Virus record (IMG/VR): IMGVR_UViG_3300035670_009001
DNA length: 64,000 nucleotides
DNA from: an uncultured virus (IMG/VR IMGVR_UViG_3300035670_009001)
Lineage: Duplodnaviria; Heunggongvirae; Uroviricota; Caudoviricetes
Reading direction: 5' to 3' (one strand)
Every line of letters starts with the position of its first letter. The stretch's first letter is position 1. Below are positions 38,171 through 48,220 of the stretch, in pieces. The notes below the pieces were generated by a model. It had not been told where the DNA came from, made no database searches, and saw only the letters and a list, made by a program, of their open reading frames with translations. A program made the position numbers and the translations under genes.

Positions 38171-39837
38171 AGTATTTTATATATTATATAATTATCTAAA
38201 ACTAGTAAGTCTAAATCAGTGTCTTTGAAAGTTTCTATCGCATCAAACGGATTTAGAACCATTGTTTTATCTTTAACATTAAAGGATGTATTCAATATAA
38301 TTGGATATCCACTTAGTTTTTCGAACTCAATTAATAAGTCGTGAATAACAGTATTTTCATATACAGTTTGAATTCTTGAGGTTCCGTCCACGTGAACAAC
38401 TGCCGATAATTTATCAGCGTATTCTTCTCTAACTTTAACAATTTGATTCATGTATGGTACATCATCAATTGCGTAGAAGAACTCATTTTGTTTCTCTTTA
38501 ATAACCATAGGAGCGAAAGGACGAAACCCCTCTCTTTTCTTAATTAGCCTATTAATTCTAGATTTCATATCAGGAACTGTAGGGTCCGCTAAAATAGACC
38601 TGTGTCCTAACGCTCTTGCCCCAAATTCAATTCTATCTCTATACCACCCAACTACTTTACCCTCATGAATTTTGTTCGCGACATATTTTATTAATCTGTT
38701 GTAATCGTGAATTTCAAAAAAATTCAAATTTTTAATGTGCCCCAAATAAAATTCAACATCGTACTCCGGTCCTAAAAAAGGATTTTTAGTTACTCGTTTG
38801 TCTAATTTTTTATTTTGTACAAGGTAATGAATACACGCACCAACACAGGATCCAGCATCAGATGGTGCAACTGGTATCCAAATTTTTTCAAAATCAGAAT
38901 TACTTACTATCTTTCCATTTGCGGTACCATTATATGCCGAACCACCTCCTAAACAAAGATTATTACTACCAAGATTTTTCAAACTTTTGATAATATCGAA
39001 TAAAACTTCTTCGTATCTTAGTTGGACTGAAGCCGCTAAATTTTGATGAATTGTAGTAATTTCTTCTTCAGTTAATCTTGGTGAAATACCTAAATGTTCT
39101 ATCAGTTTTTCGTTGAACATCAATTTTTCTGACTTATCCCAACAAAAAATATTCATATTACAGATTAATTCTCCATCTTTGAATTCTATTAAACTTCTAA
39201 TTTTTTCAATATACTCTTGAGGATCTCCGTATGATGCCAATCCCATTAGTTTGTACTCTCCCTCATTTGGTTTGAATCCCAAATACGAAGTCATTGTAGA
39301 ATAGTAAAGACCCAATGAATGAGGGTATTTCCCCAAATCATGATATTCAATTCCATCATCATCGGCCAAACCAAAAGATAATGTGTCAATTTCACCAACA
39401 CCATCAATAGACAAACAGATTGCCCTTTCAAAATCGGAAGTGAAAAAAGAATAATACTGATGAGCCAAATGGTGTTCGGAGTAAAATACTCTTCCCTTAA
39501 ATGGTCTCAAATGTTTATTTACATCTGAGATATTTTTTAAGATTTTAACTAAAGATTTAAAAGAATATTTTGGCGATGTGAAAAAGTTTTTCTTAATGTT
39601 AGTCAGTACCCTTTTTAGTTTTAGATTGAGGTCTTCATAATAACAAACCATTTCAATATCATCATAAGTTATACTATAATGACTAAAGATGTATTCGATT
39701 GTATTAATTGGAAAAGAACTGTCGTGTTTAATTCCCGTAAATTTTTCCTCTTCGCAAGCGAAAACCAACTCACCATCTTTGAATAAACAGGCAGATGAAT
39801 CATGATAAAATGATGATATTCCGAGTATATACATCAT
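38167..39837 (-). CDS. carbamoyltransferase (NodU/CmcH family)
   Basis: HDSSA..EEK, HH.AH, DGVGE, EYKLMGLA.YG, EFGARALG.RSI, FRPFAP, HVDGTSRIQ, LNTSFN. Confidence 0.95.
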   Translation of the reverse strand: MMYILGISSFYHDSSACLFKDGELVFACEEEKFTGIKHDSSFPINTIEYIFSHYSITYDDIEMVCYYEDLNLKLKRVLTNIKKNFFTSPKYSFKSLVKILKNISDVNKHLRPFKGRVFYSEHHLAHQYYSFFTSDFERAICLSIDGVGEIDTLSFGLADDDGIEYHDLGKYPHSLGLYYSTMTSYLGFKPNEGEYKLMGLASYGDPQEYIEKIRSLIEFKDGELICNMNIFCWDKSEKLMFNEKLIEHLGISPRLTEEEITTIHQNLAASVQLRYEEVLFDIIKSLKNLGSNNLCLGGGSAYNGTANGKIVSNSDFEKIWIPVAPSDAGSCVGACIHYLVQNKKLDKRVTKNPFLGPEYDVEFYLGHIKNLNFFEIHDYNRLIKYVANKIHEGKVVGWYRDRIEFGARALGHRSILADPTVPDMKSRINRLIKKREGFRPFAPMVIKEKQNEFFYAIDDVPYMNQIVKVREEYADKLSAVVHVDGTSRIQTVYENTVIHDLLIEFEKLSGYPIILNTSFNVKDKTMVLNPFDAIETFKDTDLDLLVLDNYIIYKIL

Positions 39838-41570
39838 TGAAAATTTATCAAACTTTGGAAAAAGTTGTGGTCTGTTTTATCATCATACAAACTTGAAACT
39901 ATATCTCTATTATGTTTGAATCTTTTCTTTGCACTTCTATAAAATCCCTGTAACTGATCTTTTTTCTTACTGACTCTCACAATTTCATTAATAACCATTC
40001 TCATCCTTTTTTGTGGATTTGGTTCATTATCATAACTTAAATCAAAGAAATCTTCAAAAAAATCAAATCCATACACTTCTTTTGTTTTTTTAATGTGATG
40101 ATAATTAGCGACAATTAATGGGAACTGTGAGTAATAAAATGGTATTAATGTTTTCTCAGTAATGTGAACCAAATTATCTTTTTCAAATTGAGATTCATTA
40201 ACAATATTAATGTATGAATTTTTGTATGGATTATTTTCAAACATTTGATTCCAATTTTGACCTCCCTCAGGAGTGTCTATATCATAATCCTCAAACTCAC
40301 TTTTTTTAACATCAATATTTTTGAAAAAGTTTAAACTATCTTTTGTTTCCTTAACTAACTCTTCGTCAAATACGTTCAACAAAATATCAGGATTTATATC
40401 TCCATTTTCTAATTTCATTGCCTCAAGTCTATTTCCTCTTAAGAAAGACCAATCGGTTTCATCTAATAAATTATGGTGTTTTAGTGCCGTTAGGATAGCT
40501 AATCTATGCATGGTAAGATTTCTGTTATAGCACATAAACGTTTTTTCTTTTTCCACTTTGAAATGATACCCGTCACAAAAATTTACAATATTTCTTGTAA
40601 CTACTAATGGAAGTCTGTTCGACACATGAACATTTATTTTAGAACTTATTTCTTTTTTCAATTCTGGTAGTAACTGATTACCATTGATAATAAAAACTTG
40701 TTCTGTTGGTATTCCAACCATTTTAAGTTGGTAGTCCGCAATTTTTATAACATATCCCATGTCACATTCATGTTCCGTTACAAAAATAACTTTGAAGTTC
40801 GGATTTTTTTTCAATAACACTTTAATTTCTTCCGATACTGGAATATCTCTATGTTCTAAAATATATTGTGATAAATAATAATTTACATGTACCAAATGAT
40901 AAAAATTTTCATCTTTTTTTTCTGATATTTCAGCAGTTTCACATATTTTATAATTTTCAATTTCATACCATCCAGCGCCCATAAAATCTTCAATCATACG
41001 TGTGTTAGTACTTTCATTCGAATCATCGGCTATGAGATTTAAAACTGTTTTATTATGATACAATTCCGGATACTCATTTATAATATACACCCCAAGATTA
41101 TCTTTTGCAAATTGATAATGTAATTTTACATCCTCTATAGTTTTACAATCGAAAAATTTAATATTTTTACATAAAGATTTAAATTCTTCAATGTAGTTCG
41201 CCTTGTGTTGATGTCCTGGATCTAATGGTATTTCAGAACCTTTACCCACCCTAATTATGATGTGAACCTTTTCACCCGTCATCAATTCATACTTATCGAC
41301 ATGATTTACCAATTGATTTGTTGCCGATATTAAAAAATCCCATCTTGGATAAAACGTAATAACTCTTTTCCCTGTCATCGCCAAACCCAAACTCATACCC
41401 ATTTGTGTTTCTTCCATCACAGGAACCTCAATCATTTTTTCTTTGGGCACATCATCAAGTGTCGTACTCATCGGATTTCCCCTGTAAACTATTTGTTGAC
41501 CAATAAAAACTGTATTATCATCATTAGATAAATCGGTCATAATTTGAGAAAGTGTTTCTTTATATGTCAT
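39834..41570 (-). CDS. fusion of a transketolase/E1-beta pyrimidine-binding domain and GT10-like paralog 2 (start probably ATG 41570)
   Basis: IEVPVMEETQMGMSLGLA..GHQH; C-terminal FMCYNR..HR..NIVNES..ITEKT..PF..YGFDFF. Confidence 0.75.
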   Translation of the reverse strand: MTYKETLSQIMTDLSNDDNTVFIGQQIVYRGNPMSTTLDDVPKEKMIEVPVMEETQMGMSLGLAMTGKRVITFYPRWDFLISATNQLVNHVDKYELMTGEKVHIIIRVGKGSEIPLDPGHQHKANYIEEFKSLCKNIKFFDCKTIEDVKLHYQFAKDNLGVYIINEYPELYHNKTVLNLIADDSNESTNTRMIEDFMGAGWYEIENYKICETAEISEKKDENFYHLVHVNYYLSQYILEHRDIPVSEEIKVLLKKNPNFKVIFVTEHECDMGYVIKIADYQLKMVGIPTEQVFIINGNQLLPELKKEISSKINVHVSNRLPLVVTRNIVNFCDGYHFKVEKEKTFMCYNRNLTMHRLAILTALKHHNLLDETDWSFLRGNRLEAMKLENGDINPDILLNVFDEELVKETKDSLNFFKNIDVKKSEFEDYDIDTPEGGQNWNQMFENNPYKNSYINIVNESQFEKDNLVHITEKTLIPFYYSQFPLIVANYHHIKKTKEVYGFDFFEDFFDLSYDNEPNPQKRMRMVINEIVRVSKKKDQLQGFYRSAKKRFKHNRDIVSSLYDDKTDHNFFQSLINFQ

Positions 41571-41580
41571 ATTATTTAAT

Positions 41581-42213
41581 TTAGAACGCCACCCACTTAC
41601 CAGTCCCATAATGTGGGTACTTTGATTTGTATTCATACCAAATTACATCGTTTGGTATATCTTTTTTTATGTTATTCCATGTTGCCTCTGTTGGAGTATA
41701 AGTCGAAACTCCGTTATCTTCTACCACAAAATAAAGTGGTAAATCAAAGTTTCTTGCATACTTATGTGTTTCATAAAATAACCCACTTTCAAAACTCATA
41801 TCACCAACGAATACCCACACTTTTTCATTTCCACCACTTTGTTTGATACTCATAGCAACACCTAAGGCAATTGATAGGGTTCCTCCAACAATCGCTGAAG
41901 AATAAAACTTATCTTTTGGGCTACAAATTGTAATAGATTTACCTTTCAAAATTTGATTTTCTAACCAATTGGGACAAATACCTTTCACTAAAGCGTGATA
42001 ATGTGATCTCCACGTAGAAAAAACCCAATCAGATAAACCGATTCTTTTGGAGATTTCTATCAAATGTTCTTCATTCCCATTAGACAAATGTACTGGCCCT
42101 CTTATTTTACCACTTTCCCAACTTTCGATTATCTTATTCTCAAAGTGAATAAGTTCTTCTGTATTCCAATTATGTTCCCTGACTATTGGATATTGGTCTA
42201 AATTTTTTATCAT
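41581..42213 (-). CDS. TPP-dependent dehydrogenase E1-alpha-like subunit
   Basis: GPVHLS.GNE, STWRSHYHAL, GD...E.G...E, VVEDN. Confidence 0.85.
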   Translation of the reverse strand: MIKNLDQYPIVREHNWNTEELIHFENKIIESWESGKIRGPVHLSNGNEEHLIEISKRIGLSDWVFSTWRSHYHALVKGICPNWLENQILKGKSITICSPKDKFYSSAIVGGTLSIALGVAMSIKQSGGNEKVWVFVGDMSFESGLFYETHKYARNFDLPLYFVVEDNGVSTYTPTEATWNNIKKDIPNDVIWYEYKSKYPHYGTGKWVAF

Positions 42214-42767
42214 TTGTCTTTCATTTGAAGTATCGGATTATTTGACGGCCATTCTATATTCCACTTTGGGTCGTTCCATTTTGCCACCCCATGGTTTATT
42301 GAATCGACATATCCTCCTTTATAAAACATATTGTAATGAAACACGCAATCAGTTAATGCGTAATGACCGTTCGCAAAACCTGGTGGAACTAAGACTTGGT
42401 CTCTATTTTTTTCTGAAATTAAAAACCAATCCCATTTTCCATAATTAGGTGAATTCTCTCTTATGTCCAACACAACTAAGTATATGTCACCAACTAATGC
42501 TTGTACTAATTTCCATGTTTTGTCATCGTAATGTAAACCTCTTAAAACTCCTTTGTATGATTTTGAAAATCTTCCGTGAATAGATAGTTCATTTTTATCA
42601 TAATGAATTTGACTCATAACAGGATGGTCCTCAGAATGATAAGTTGTAAAAATCTCCCCCCTGAATTCTCTGAATATAGATGGAGTGTATACAGGGACTT
42701 CATAACCAAAAATTTTAGATGGCCTTACATCAAAATCGTTCCATTTTTTTTCATTCATAAATTCCAA
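42210..42767 (-). CDS. rmlC: NDP-4-keto-6-deoxysugar 3,5-epimerase (RmlC family)
   Basis: RG.F, S..GVLRGLH, KLV....G.I..V.LD.R..SP..GKW, VPPGFANG. Confidence 0.85.
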   Translation of the reverse strand: MEFMNEKKWNDFDVRPSKIFGYEVPVYTPSIFREFRGEIFTTYHSEDHPVMSQIHYDKNELSIHGRFSKSYKGVLRGLHYDDKTWKLVQALVGDIYLVVLDIRENSPNYGKWDWFLISEKNRDQVLVPPGFANGHYALTDCVFHYNMFYKGGYVDSINHGVAKWNDPKWNIEWPSNNPILQMKDK

Positions 42768-43498
42768 TATTTTTTTCTAATCTTATAGACATCAAATGGC
42801 TCTCGTTTCATTTGTCCACCTTGTCTAAGGTTTGACCCAATTGTTTTATAGCTCATCACAATTGATCTTCTATAGTTTTCACTATTATTATCCTCGGAAC
42901 CATGAACTAAATAATCGTGAGTAAATAAAACGTCACCAGATTTACATTCGTGATATATTTTTTTGAAATTATGATTTTGTGGCATCACGCATCCCTTACC
43001 TCTTTCATTTTTCCAAAATGTTGGGTTTGTTTTTATTCTTTCCTCATCAATTTCAATGGGTAACATAGGTAAAAAGTGGGACGATTCATATGACCAAAGA
43101 CACCCGTTCGATCGGTCACTATTATCTAAACAAAAAATTACATTTATCGAATTACCCCAGCCAGATTCAGTATAAAAACCATCTTGATGAGCGTCTCTAC
43201 CCATTTCACCAGGTGGTTTAAAATATGCCTGACTTTGTATCCCTTCAATCTTATTGTTTAACATATCCTCAATAATTTCAATTACTTTAGGATGCCCAAA
43301 ATATTTTAAAATTAATTCAGATTCTTTATGGGGGTGTGAATATATACCATATTCACCCCATGACGAATCTTTTTTATTCCTTTGAATTCTTAGATTACTT
43401 AATTCATTATTAATCTCATCAACATCATTTTGTGATAAAATATTATTTACCAAATAACCCTTATATTTCCAATCAAAAATTTCTTTCTCTTTTAACAT
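42755..43498 (-). CDS. phytanoyl-CoA dioxygenase (PhyH) family 2OG oxygenase (start probably ATG 43498)
   Basis: KPPG...HQD, LD.....NGCL....SH, GD.LF.H...VHGS..N.S..R. Confidence 0.85.
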   Translation of the reverse strand: MLKEKEIFDWKYKGYLVNNILSQNDVDEINNELSNLRIQRNKKDSSWGEYGIYSHPHKESELILKYFGHPKVIEIIEDMLNNKIEGIQSQAYFKPPGEMGRDAHQDGFYTESGWGNSINVIFCLDNSDRSNGCLWSYESSHFLPMLPIEIDEERIKTNPTFWKNERGKGCVMPQNHNFKKIYHECKSGDVLFTHDYLVHGSEDNNSENYRRSIVMSYKTIGSNLRQGGQMKREPFDVYKIRKKYWNL

Positions 43499-43508
43499 AA
43501 GATATTTT

Positions 43509-43919
43509 TTATTCCCAACTAATACCCCAATCTTTGAACTCTGAGGCCAAACAATCTGTTTTATAATCTTTTCTACCACCAACAATTTCTTGTATTTTAT
43601 TCTTGGCAGTATTTCTAACACCGTTTAATCCGTGAGTTAATTCCAAATTAATGTCCTCCGTTTTGCCATATTTTCTATAGTTGGACTCGTTGTGCCAAAT
43701 GTGTAAATTAGTTTGAGCTAAAACCACAATCGCTCTTACCGTGTCGGCGTTAATTAACTCATTTGAATTTTTTAATATTAAGTCAATATCATGTTTAATA
43801 TCTCTAATTTCCTGAGCGTATTCTTCTTTATGTTCAGGTATGAATTGCTCTTTTAATTGCGAAATACTCAATCTATCAATCAACTCAGCTAATGTTGGTA
43901 AGTACTTACGTTCTGTCAT
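43509..43919 (-). CDS. hypothetical helical protein (DUF4254-like)
   Basis: ELIDRLSI, N..IWH.E, LN..RN motifs; sits among sugar-pathway genes. Confidence 0.5.
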   Translation of the reverse strand: MTERKYLPTLAELIDRLSISQLKEQFIPEHKEEYAQEIRDIKHDIDLILKNSNELINADTVRAIVVLAQTNLHIWHNESNYRKYGKTEDINLELTHGLNGVRNTAKNKIQEIVGGRKDYKTDCLASEFKDWGISWE

Positions 43920-43921
43920 TT

Positions 43922-44929
43922 TTATCTGTTTAAAAATTTACGACCTTTATTTATTCTTTTTCTCCAATAATCCAAAAGGTCGTCCATTGTCTTATCGAAA
44001 GTTATTTCTGGCTCCCACCCTGTCAATTCTCTAAATTTTGTTGTGTCAGGTATTTGTAAGTCTGCATCTATTGGTCTAAGTCTACTTGAATCTATTACCA
44101 CTTCAATATCTTTTACAGTTGATTTAGACAAAAGATAATTTAAAGTTTCTCCAACTTTACAAGTATATGTTCCTCCAATATTATAATAAGCTCCAGGTGA
44201 TGGATTTATATTTAACAACATCCAATACGCTCTAACAGCGTCTCTAACATCCGCATATGTCCTTAGCGATTCTAAATTACCTACCAAAATTTTTGGCTCT
44301 TGTAAACCATGTTCAATCATCGCAATTTGCTTTGCAAATGTTGATTCATGAAAAACATCTCCTCTTCTTGGCCCAGTGTGGGTAAACATTCTTGTTGTCA
44401 TTACCATCATTTTATATGCCTCTCCATAGTAACGACCAATTAAGTCAGTACCAACTTTAGATATTGCATATGGTGATGCAGGATGTAATGAACATTCTTC
44501 ATTAATTGGTAATTTATCTTTTGTCACCCTACCAAATATTTCACTTGACGCACAGACATGTATCATAGCGTCTTTATGTGGAGATTTCCTAAGAGCTTCT
44601 AATAAATTTGCGGTACCTAATATGTTTGTTTGTAAAGTCTCTAATGGCGAATCAAAACTTGTCTGCGGATACGATTGACCACCCAAGTGAAAAACATAGT
44701 CAGGCTTAGATATTTCTATCGCATTAACGATTGAAGCATAATCATTTAAATCACCATATATTAATTCAATCCTTTCTTTTTTATTAATGACATCTGTCAG
44801 GTGTTCGATATTATCCATAGATTCATTCCATCTACAGAATCCATAGATTTTAATATGAGGTTTTTCTAATAAAAAATCCAACATATGTGAACCAACCATA
44901 CCCAAGACACCTGTTATTAATATATTCAT
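43922..44929 (-). CDS. gmd: GDP-mannose 4,6-dehydratase-like SDR
   Basis: ITG..GMVGSH, PDYVFHL..QS, SSE.FG, SPYAISK, GNL...R...DVRD.V, RP.D. Confidence 0.85.
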   Translation of the reverse strand: MNILITGVLGMVGSHMLDFLLEKPHIKIYGFCRWNESMDNIEHLTDVINKKERIELIYGDLNDYASIVNAIEISKPDYVFHLGGQSYPQTSFDSPLETLQTNILGTANLLEALRKSPHKDAMIHVCASSEIFGRVTKDKLPINEECSLHPASPYAISKVGTDLIGRYYGEAYKMMVMTTRMFTHTGPRRGDVFHESTFAKQIAMIEHGLQEPKILVGNLESLRTYADVRDAVRAYWMLLNINPSPGAYYNIGGTYTCKVGETLNYLLSKSTVKDIEVVIDSSRLRPIDADLQIPDTTKFRELTGWEPEITFDKTMDDLLDYWRKRINKGRKFLNR

Positions 44930-45627
44930 ATCGTAAATTTTTTATACAAGTAATCAGAAAACAAATTATTCATCCTAAAACTCCAATGTATATCATTTTC
45001 TAATCCATATTCACCATTTGATTGATAAAAAACATCCCTATGAGTCTCCCATTCTCCAATATTTTTTGTCAAAACATCTTTATCCTCTATAATATAAGAT
45101 TTAAAATCCATTTTATCCCAAGAAAATACGAACTTTTTACCATTAGTCAAAGTATAAAGTGATTCAATTATTTCAATTTGGTTTAATTGATTTGCATTAG
45201 ACCCATTTATAATTTCTTGAAATTCTAACTTTTTTTCGAATTCTTTCCAACTAAATTCTTTACCGAAAGTTTCAATCTCTGTGTCCTTATTGTTATAGGA
45301 CGAAGTTCCAATAAATCGATTTACATATTTTATATCTCTTTTTTCAAATAATTGATAATCTTTTTCAGATAGAGGTAATCTAGTTCTCTTGAAAAAAGGA
45401 ATACAAATGACTAAATAATCTTCTGAGTTAATAACTGGTAACATTTTAATCCAATTATCGATAATTGTTTGAACATCTCTACTTGGCTGTCCATCACATA
45501 TCAAATTTGTATTTAATTTTTCAGACAATTCATTAGCCCAAAAACATTTATTTTGATTCAATTCTTCCTTCACATAAAAACTATCTCTACAAAAACTATC
45601 TCCAATTACGAATAAATTACTTTTCAT
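44926..45627 (-). CDS. SGNH/GDSL-fold protein (start probably ATG 45627)
   Basis: VIGDSF, DIHWS. Confidence 0.65.
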   Translation of the reverse strand: MKSNLFVIGDSFCRDSFYVKEELNQNKCFWANELSEKLNTNLICDGQPSRDVQTIIDNWIKMLPVINSEDYLVICIPFFKRTRLPLSEKDYQLFEKRDIKYVNRFIGTSSYNNKDTEIETFGKEFSWKEFEKKLEFQEIINGSNANQLNQIEIIESLYTLTNGKKFVFSWDKMDFKSYIIEDKDVLTKNIGEWETHRDVFYQSNGEYGLENDIHWSFRMNNLFSDYLYKKFTI

Positions 45628-46573
45628 TTTTAATATACCATTCAACAGTTTCTTTGATCCCCTCTTCAAAAGTATATTCTGAATCAAATCCTAATTCATT
45701 TTTTATTCTATCTATACTAACTGCCCTAAAAGGTATTGTAGTAGGCTTGGATTCGTCCCACATCACATGAGGAGTTTTGCCCGTGACTTTGAGTATAGTA
45801 CTCAATATTTCACCGATGGTAATTCCACTCCCATATCCTAAATTATATGGACGTAACGATTCCCCCTTTTCTAATATCAAAAGAGCTCCCTTCACTACAT
45901 CTTTAACATATAAAAAATCTCTCACAACTTCAGGACTTCCCCAAGCAATGAAAGGATTTTCGTTACTTAGCACTCTTTTAATTAATGCAGGTACTACGTG
46001 ACATGTCTTTAAATCAAAATTATCATGAGGTCCAAAAATCGCGGTACATCTCGCTAATGCGATTTCTAATCCTGAAAATTTTGACACATGTTCCATTAAT
46101 TTTTCTCGATATCTTCTCATCCAACCATATCCATAATATGACGAATACGGTTCATCAATCCAATATTCATCTTCATAAATTGGTCTTCTAATATCAGGAT
46201 ATCCAGTTGAACTATTTAAATCCAAAAAACGTTTAACCCCATTTATAGCACATGCCTCTAAGACATTCCCTATCAAATTAAGTTGTTTGAGCGATATTTG
46301 CACATCTTTTGGTACTGATGATGGATGAGCGACTTCTCCGGCACAATGAATCACATAGTCCGCCCCTTCAGTTAATTTAATACAATCATCTAATTTCATC
46401 AAATCAACATCATATAAGACATTTAATTTATCATTATCAATTTGTAATGTCCTTTTATGTACGTGTGTCGTCACATTTGCTCCAATTTCAATTAAATGAT
46501 TCAAAAAATGTGTCCCAATGAATCCAGACCCACCAGTAACCACAATTTTTTTATTTTTAAAAAAACTATCCAT
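45617..46573 (-). CDS. NAD-dependent epimerase/reductase (GDP-fucose/colitose synthase-like)
   Basis: TGGSGFIG, FGPHDNF...HVVPALI, WG....RDFLYV.D. Confidence 0.8.
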   Translation of the reverse strand: MDSFFKNKKIVVTGGSGFIGTHFLNHLIEIGANVTTHVHKRTLQIDNDKLNVLYDVDLMKLDDCIKLTEGADYVIHCAGEVAHPSSVPKDVQISLKQLNLIGNVLEACAINGVKRFLDLNSSTGYPDIRRPIYEDEYWIDEPYSSYYGYGWMRRYREKLMEHVSKFSGLEIALARCTAIFGPHDNFDLKTCHVVPALIKRVLSNENPFIAWGSPEVVRDFLYVKDVVKGALLILEKGESLRPYNLGYGSGITIGEILSTILKVTGKTPHVMWDESKPTTIPFRAVSIDRIKNELGFDSEYTFEEGIKETVEWYIKNEK

Positions 46574-47246
46574 AATATTTTTCTAAGTTTGTTTTCGATG
46601 ATCTATCAAAGTGATTGAATATTTTATAAATCGGTTTGTCAAAATTATAATCTGAGGTGTAGTGATAATCCCCAAACTTCGGTTTTGTTTGAAAATAATT
46701 CGAGACTTCAATTATCTTCATTGAATTATTAGGAACAAAATCAATCACTCCACTAAAATTTTTAACGTCATATTTGGTAATAAATTCCAGTAAATCATCC
46801 ATTAAAATATAATGAAAAGTCGAATCCTGAGATAATGTAATTTCCTCACTATTTTTAATCTTTTCAATATGATTTTTTTTCATGGTTGGACCTATCAATG
46901 TTGAACACCTTAAAACTAAATCTTTCGAATCCATCATAGATTCTGAAAATTTTTTAAAAAGAGAGTACGTTGTGTCGTTTTCCTGATAAACATCGACTGA
47001 AGATATATAAATAAATTTTTGATGTTTAATTTCTTTTATTTTTTTTGTAAGGAAAATATTGTCATCTAAATATTTTTTATAATCAGTAATTTTATTTTCC
47101 TTATTAAATGCACAATGTACTATAACATCATAATCGTCATCCTTAACTAAATCAAAATTTTCCCTACTCAAACCTATCGAGTTGGGTACATTTTGAATCA
47201 AAAATTTACCTAATCCACTTTCGCACCCTGTTATTAAAAATTTCAT
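46566..47246 (-). CDS. short NAD(P)-dependent sugar reductase/epimerase
   Basis: ITG..SGLG, YISS.DVY, Y...K. Confidence 0.7.
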   Translation of the reverse strand: MKFLITGCESGLGKFLIQNVPNSIGLSRENFDLVKDDDYDVIVHCAFNKENKITDYKKYLDDNIFLTKKIKEIKHQKFIYISSVDVYQENDTTYSLFKKFSESMMDSKDLVLRCSTLIGPTMKKNHIEKIKNSEEITLSQDSTFHYILMDDLLEFITKYDVKNFSGVIDFVPNNSMKIIEVSNYFQTKPKFGDYHYTSDYNFDKPIYKIFNHFDRSSKTNLEKYYG

Positions 47247-48220
47247 TAATGGTTATCAAACGGATTATATCGTTTATCTAAAATGTCTTTGTTGTTTAGA
47301 AACCACTCTGTAGTTTTTTTAACACCCTCTTCCAATGAAGTATAACTTTTGAATCCATATTTATTCATCTTGTTCATACTCATTAATCTTTTTTTATCTC
47401 CACTCGGTACATCAGTCAACCATTTAACATCAATATCTTTTCCCGAATGTTTGATGACTAATTCAACAAGTTCTTTAATTGTATTACCTTCCCCCGAGCC
47501 TAAATTGACAGGTTCCGTAATTTTATTTTCAACAGTAAAAATCATCCCTTTCGCGACATCTTCAGCATAAATGAAATCTCTAATCGGTGACCCATCTCCA
47601 AATACCTCTAAAACATCGTTCTCCTGAGCTTTACGTATCAATGAAGGGACAACCATCGCATTAGCCGGATTAAAGTTGTCGTACGGTCCATAAACGTTCG
47701 CAGGCCTAACTATAGATATTCTATCCCACCCATACTGTTTTTTGTAGGTTTCAGTTTGTAATTCACCTATTCTTTTAGCCCATCCAGCATAAACGTCATT
47801 CGGAGAAGGAAACGTTCCCCAAACACTTTCCTCATGAAAAATTTCAGATGGGGCATATACCCCCACCGAACTTGTAAACAAATACCATTTGACATCAGAT
47901 TCAAATGCCGCTTGAGTCATGTTTGTATTGAACTGTAGCATCGGGACCATAAAATCGACTGGTTGGTTCATACACATTTGTGGAGAACCCTTTACTCCCG
48001 CTAAATGAAAAACATAATCTTTTCCCTTACAAACTTCTAAACAACTATTAAAATTTCTCAAGTCGGCCTTTACAAAATCGACATTGAAAGGTAAATGTTC
48101 TGGCTCTGTCAAATCCGCGATAGTGACTTTGGCTCCTCTTAATACTAACTTTTTAACTAGTTGTCTTCCAATCATTCCAGCTCCACCAGTTACTAACACT
48201 TTTTGATTATTAAACATCAT
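47246..48220 (-). CDS. NAD-dependent epimerase/reductase (GDP-fucose/colitose synthase-like)
   Basis: TGGAGMIG, VFHLAG, Y.GWAK, RPANVYGP.DNF, GDG...RDFIY. Confidence 0.8.
   Translation of the reverse strand: MMFNNQKVLVTGGAGMIGRQLVKKLVLRGAKVTIADLTEPEHLPFNVDFVKADLRNFNSCLEVCKGKDYVFHLAGVKGSPQMCMNQPVDFMVPMLQFNTNMTQAAFESDVKWYLFTSSVGVYAPSEIFHEESVWGTFPSPNDVYAGWAKRIGELQTETYKKQYGWDRISIVRPANVYGPYDNFNPANAMVVPSLIRKAQENDVLEVFGDGSPIRDFIYAEDVAKGMIFTVENKITEPVNLGSGEGNTIKELVELVIKHSGKDIDVKWLTDVPSGDKKRLMSMNKMNKYGFKSYTSLEEGVKKTTEWFLNNKDILDKRYNPFDNH

Noticed and set aside
38167..39837. Carbamoyltransferase and oxygenases as a DNA hypermodification system
   Set aside because: Not excluded, but no nucleotide hydroxymethylase, kinase or DNA glycosyltransferase is nearby, and the context is NDP-sugar and protein glycosylation
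41571..45687. Longest-ORF starts at 41636, 43621 and 45687 (and GTG 10947)
   Set aside because: They overlap upstream genes or a promoter extensively; downstream ATGs at 41570, 43498, 45627 and 10920 fit domain starts better
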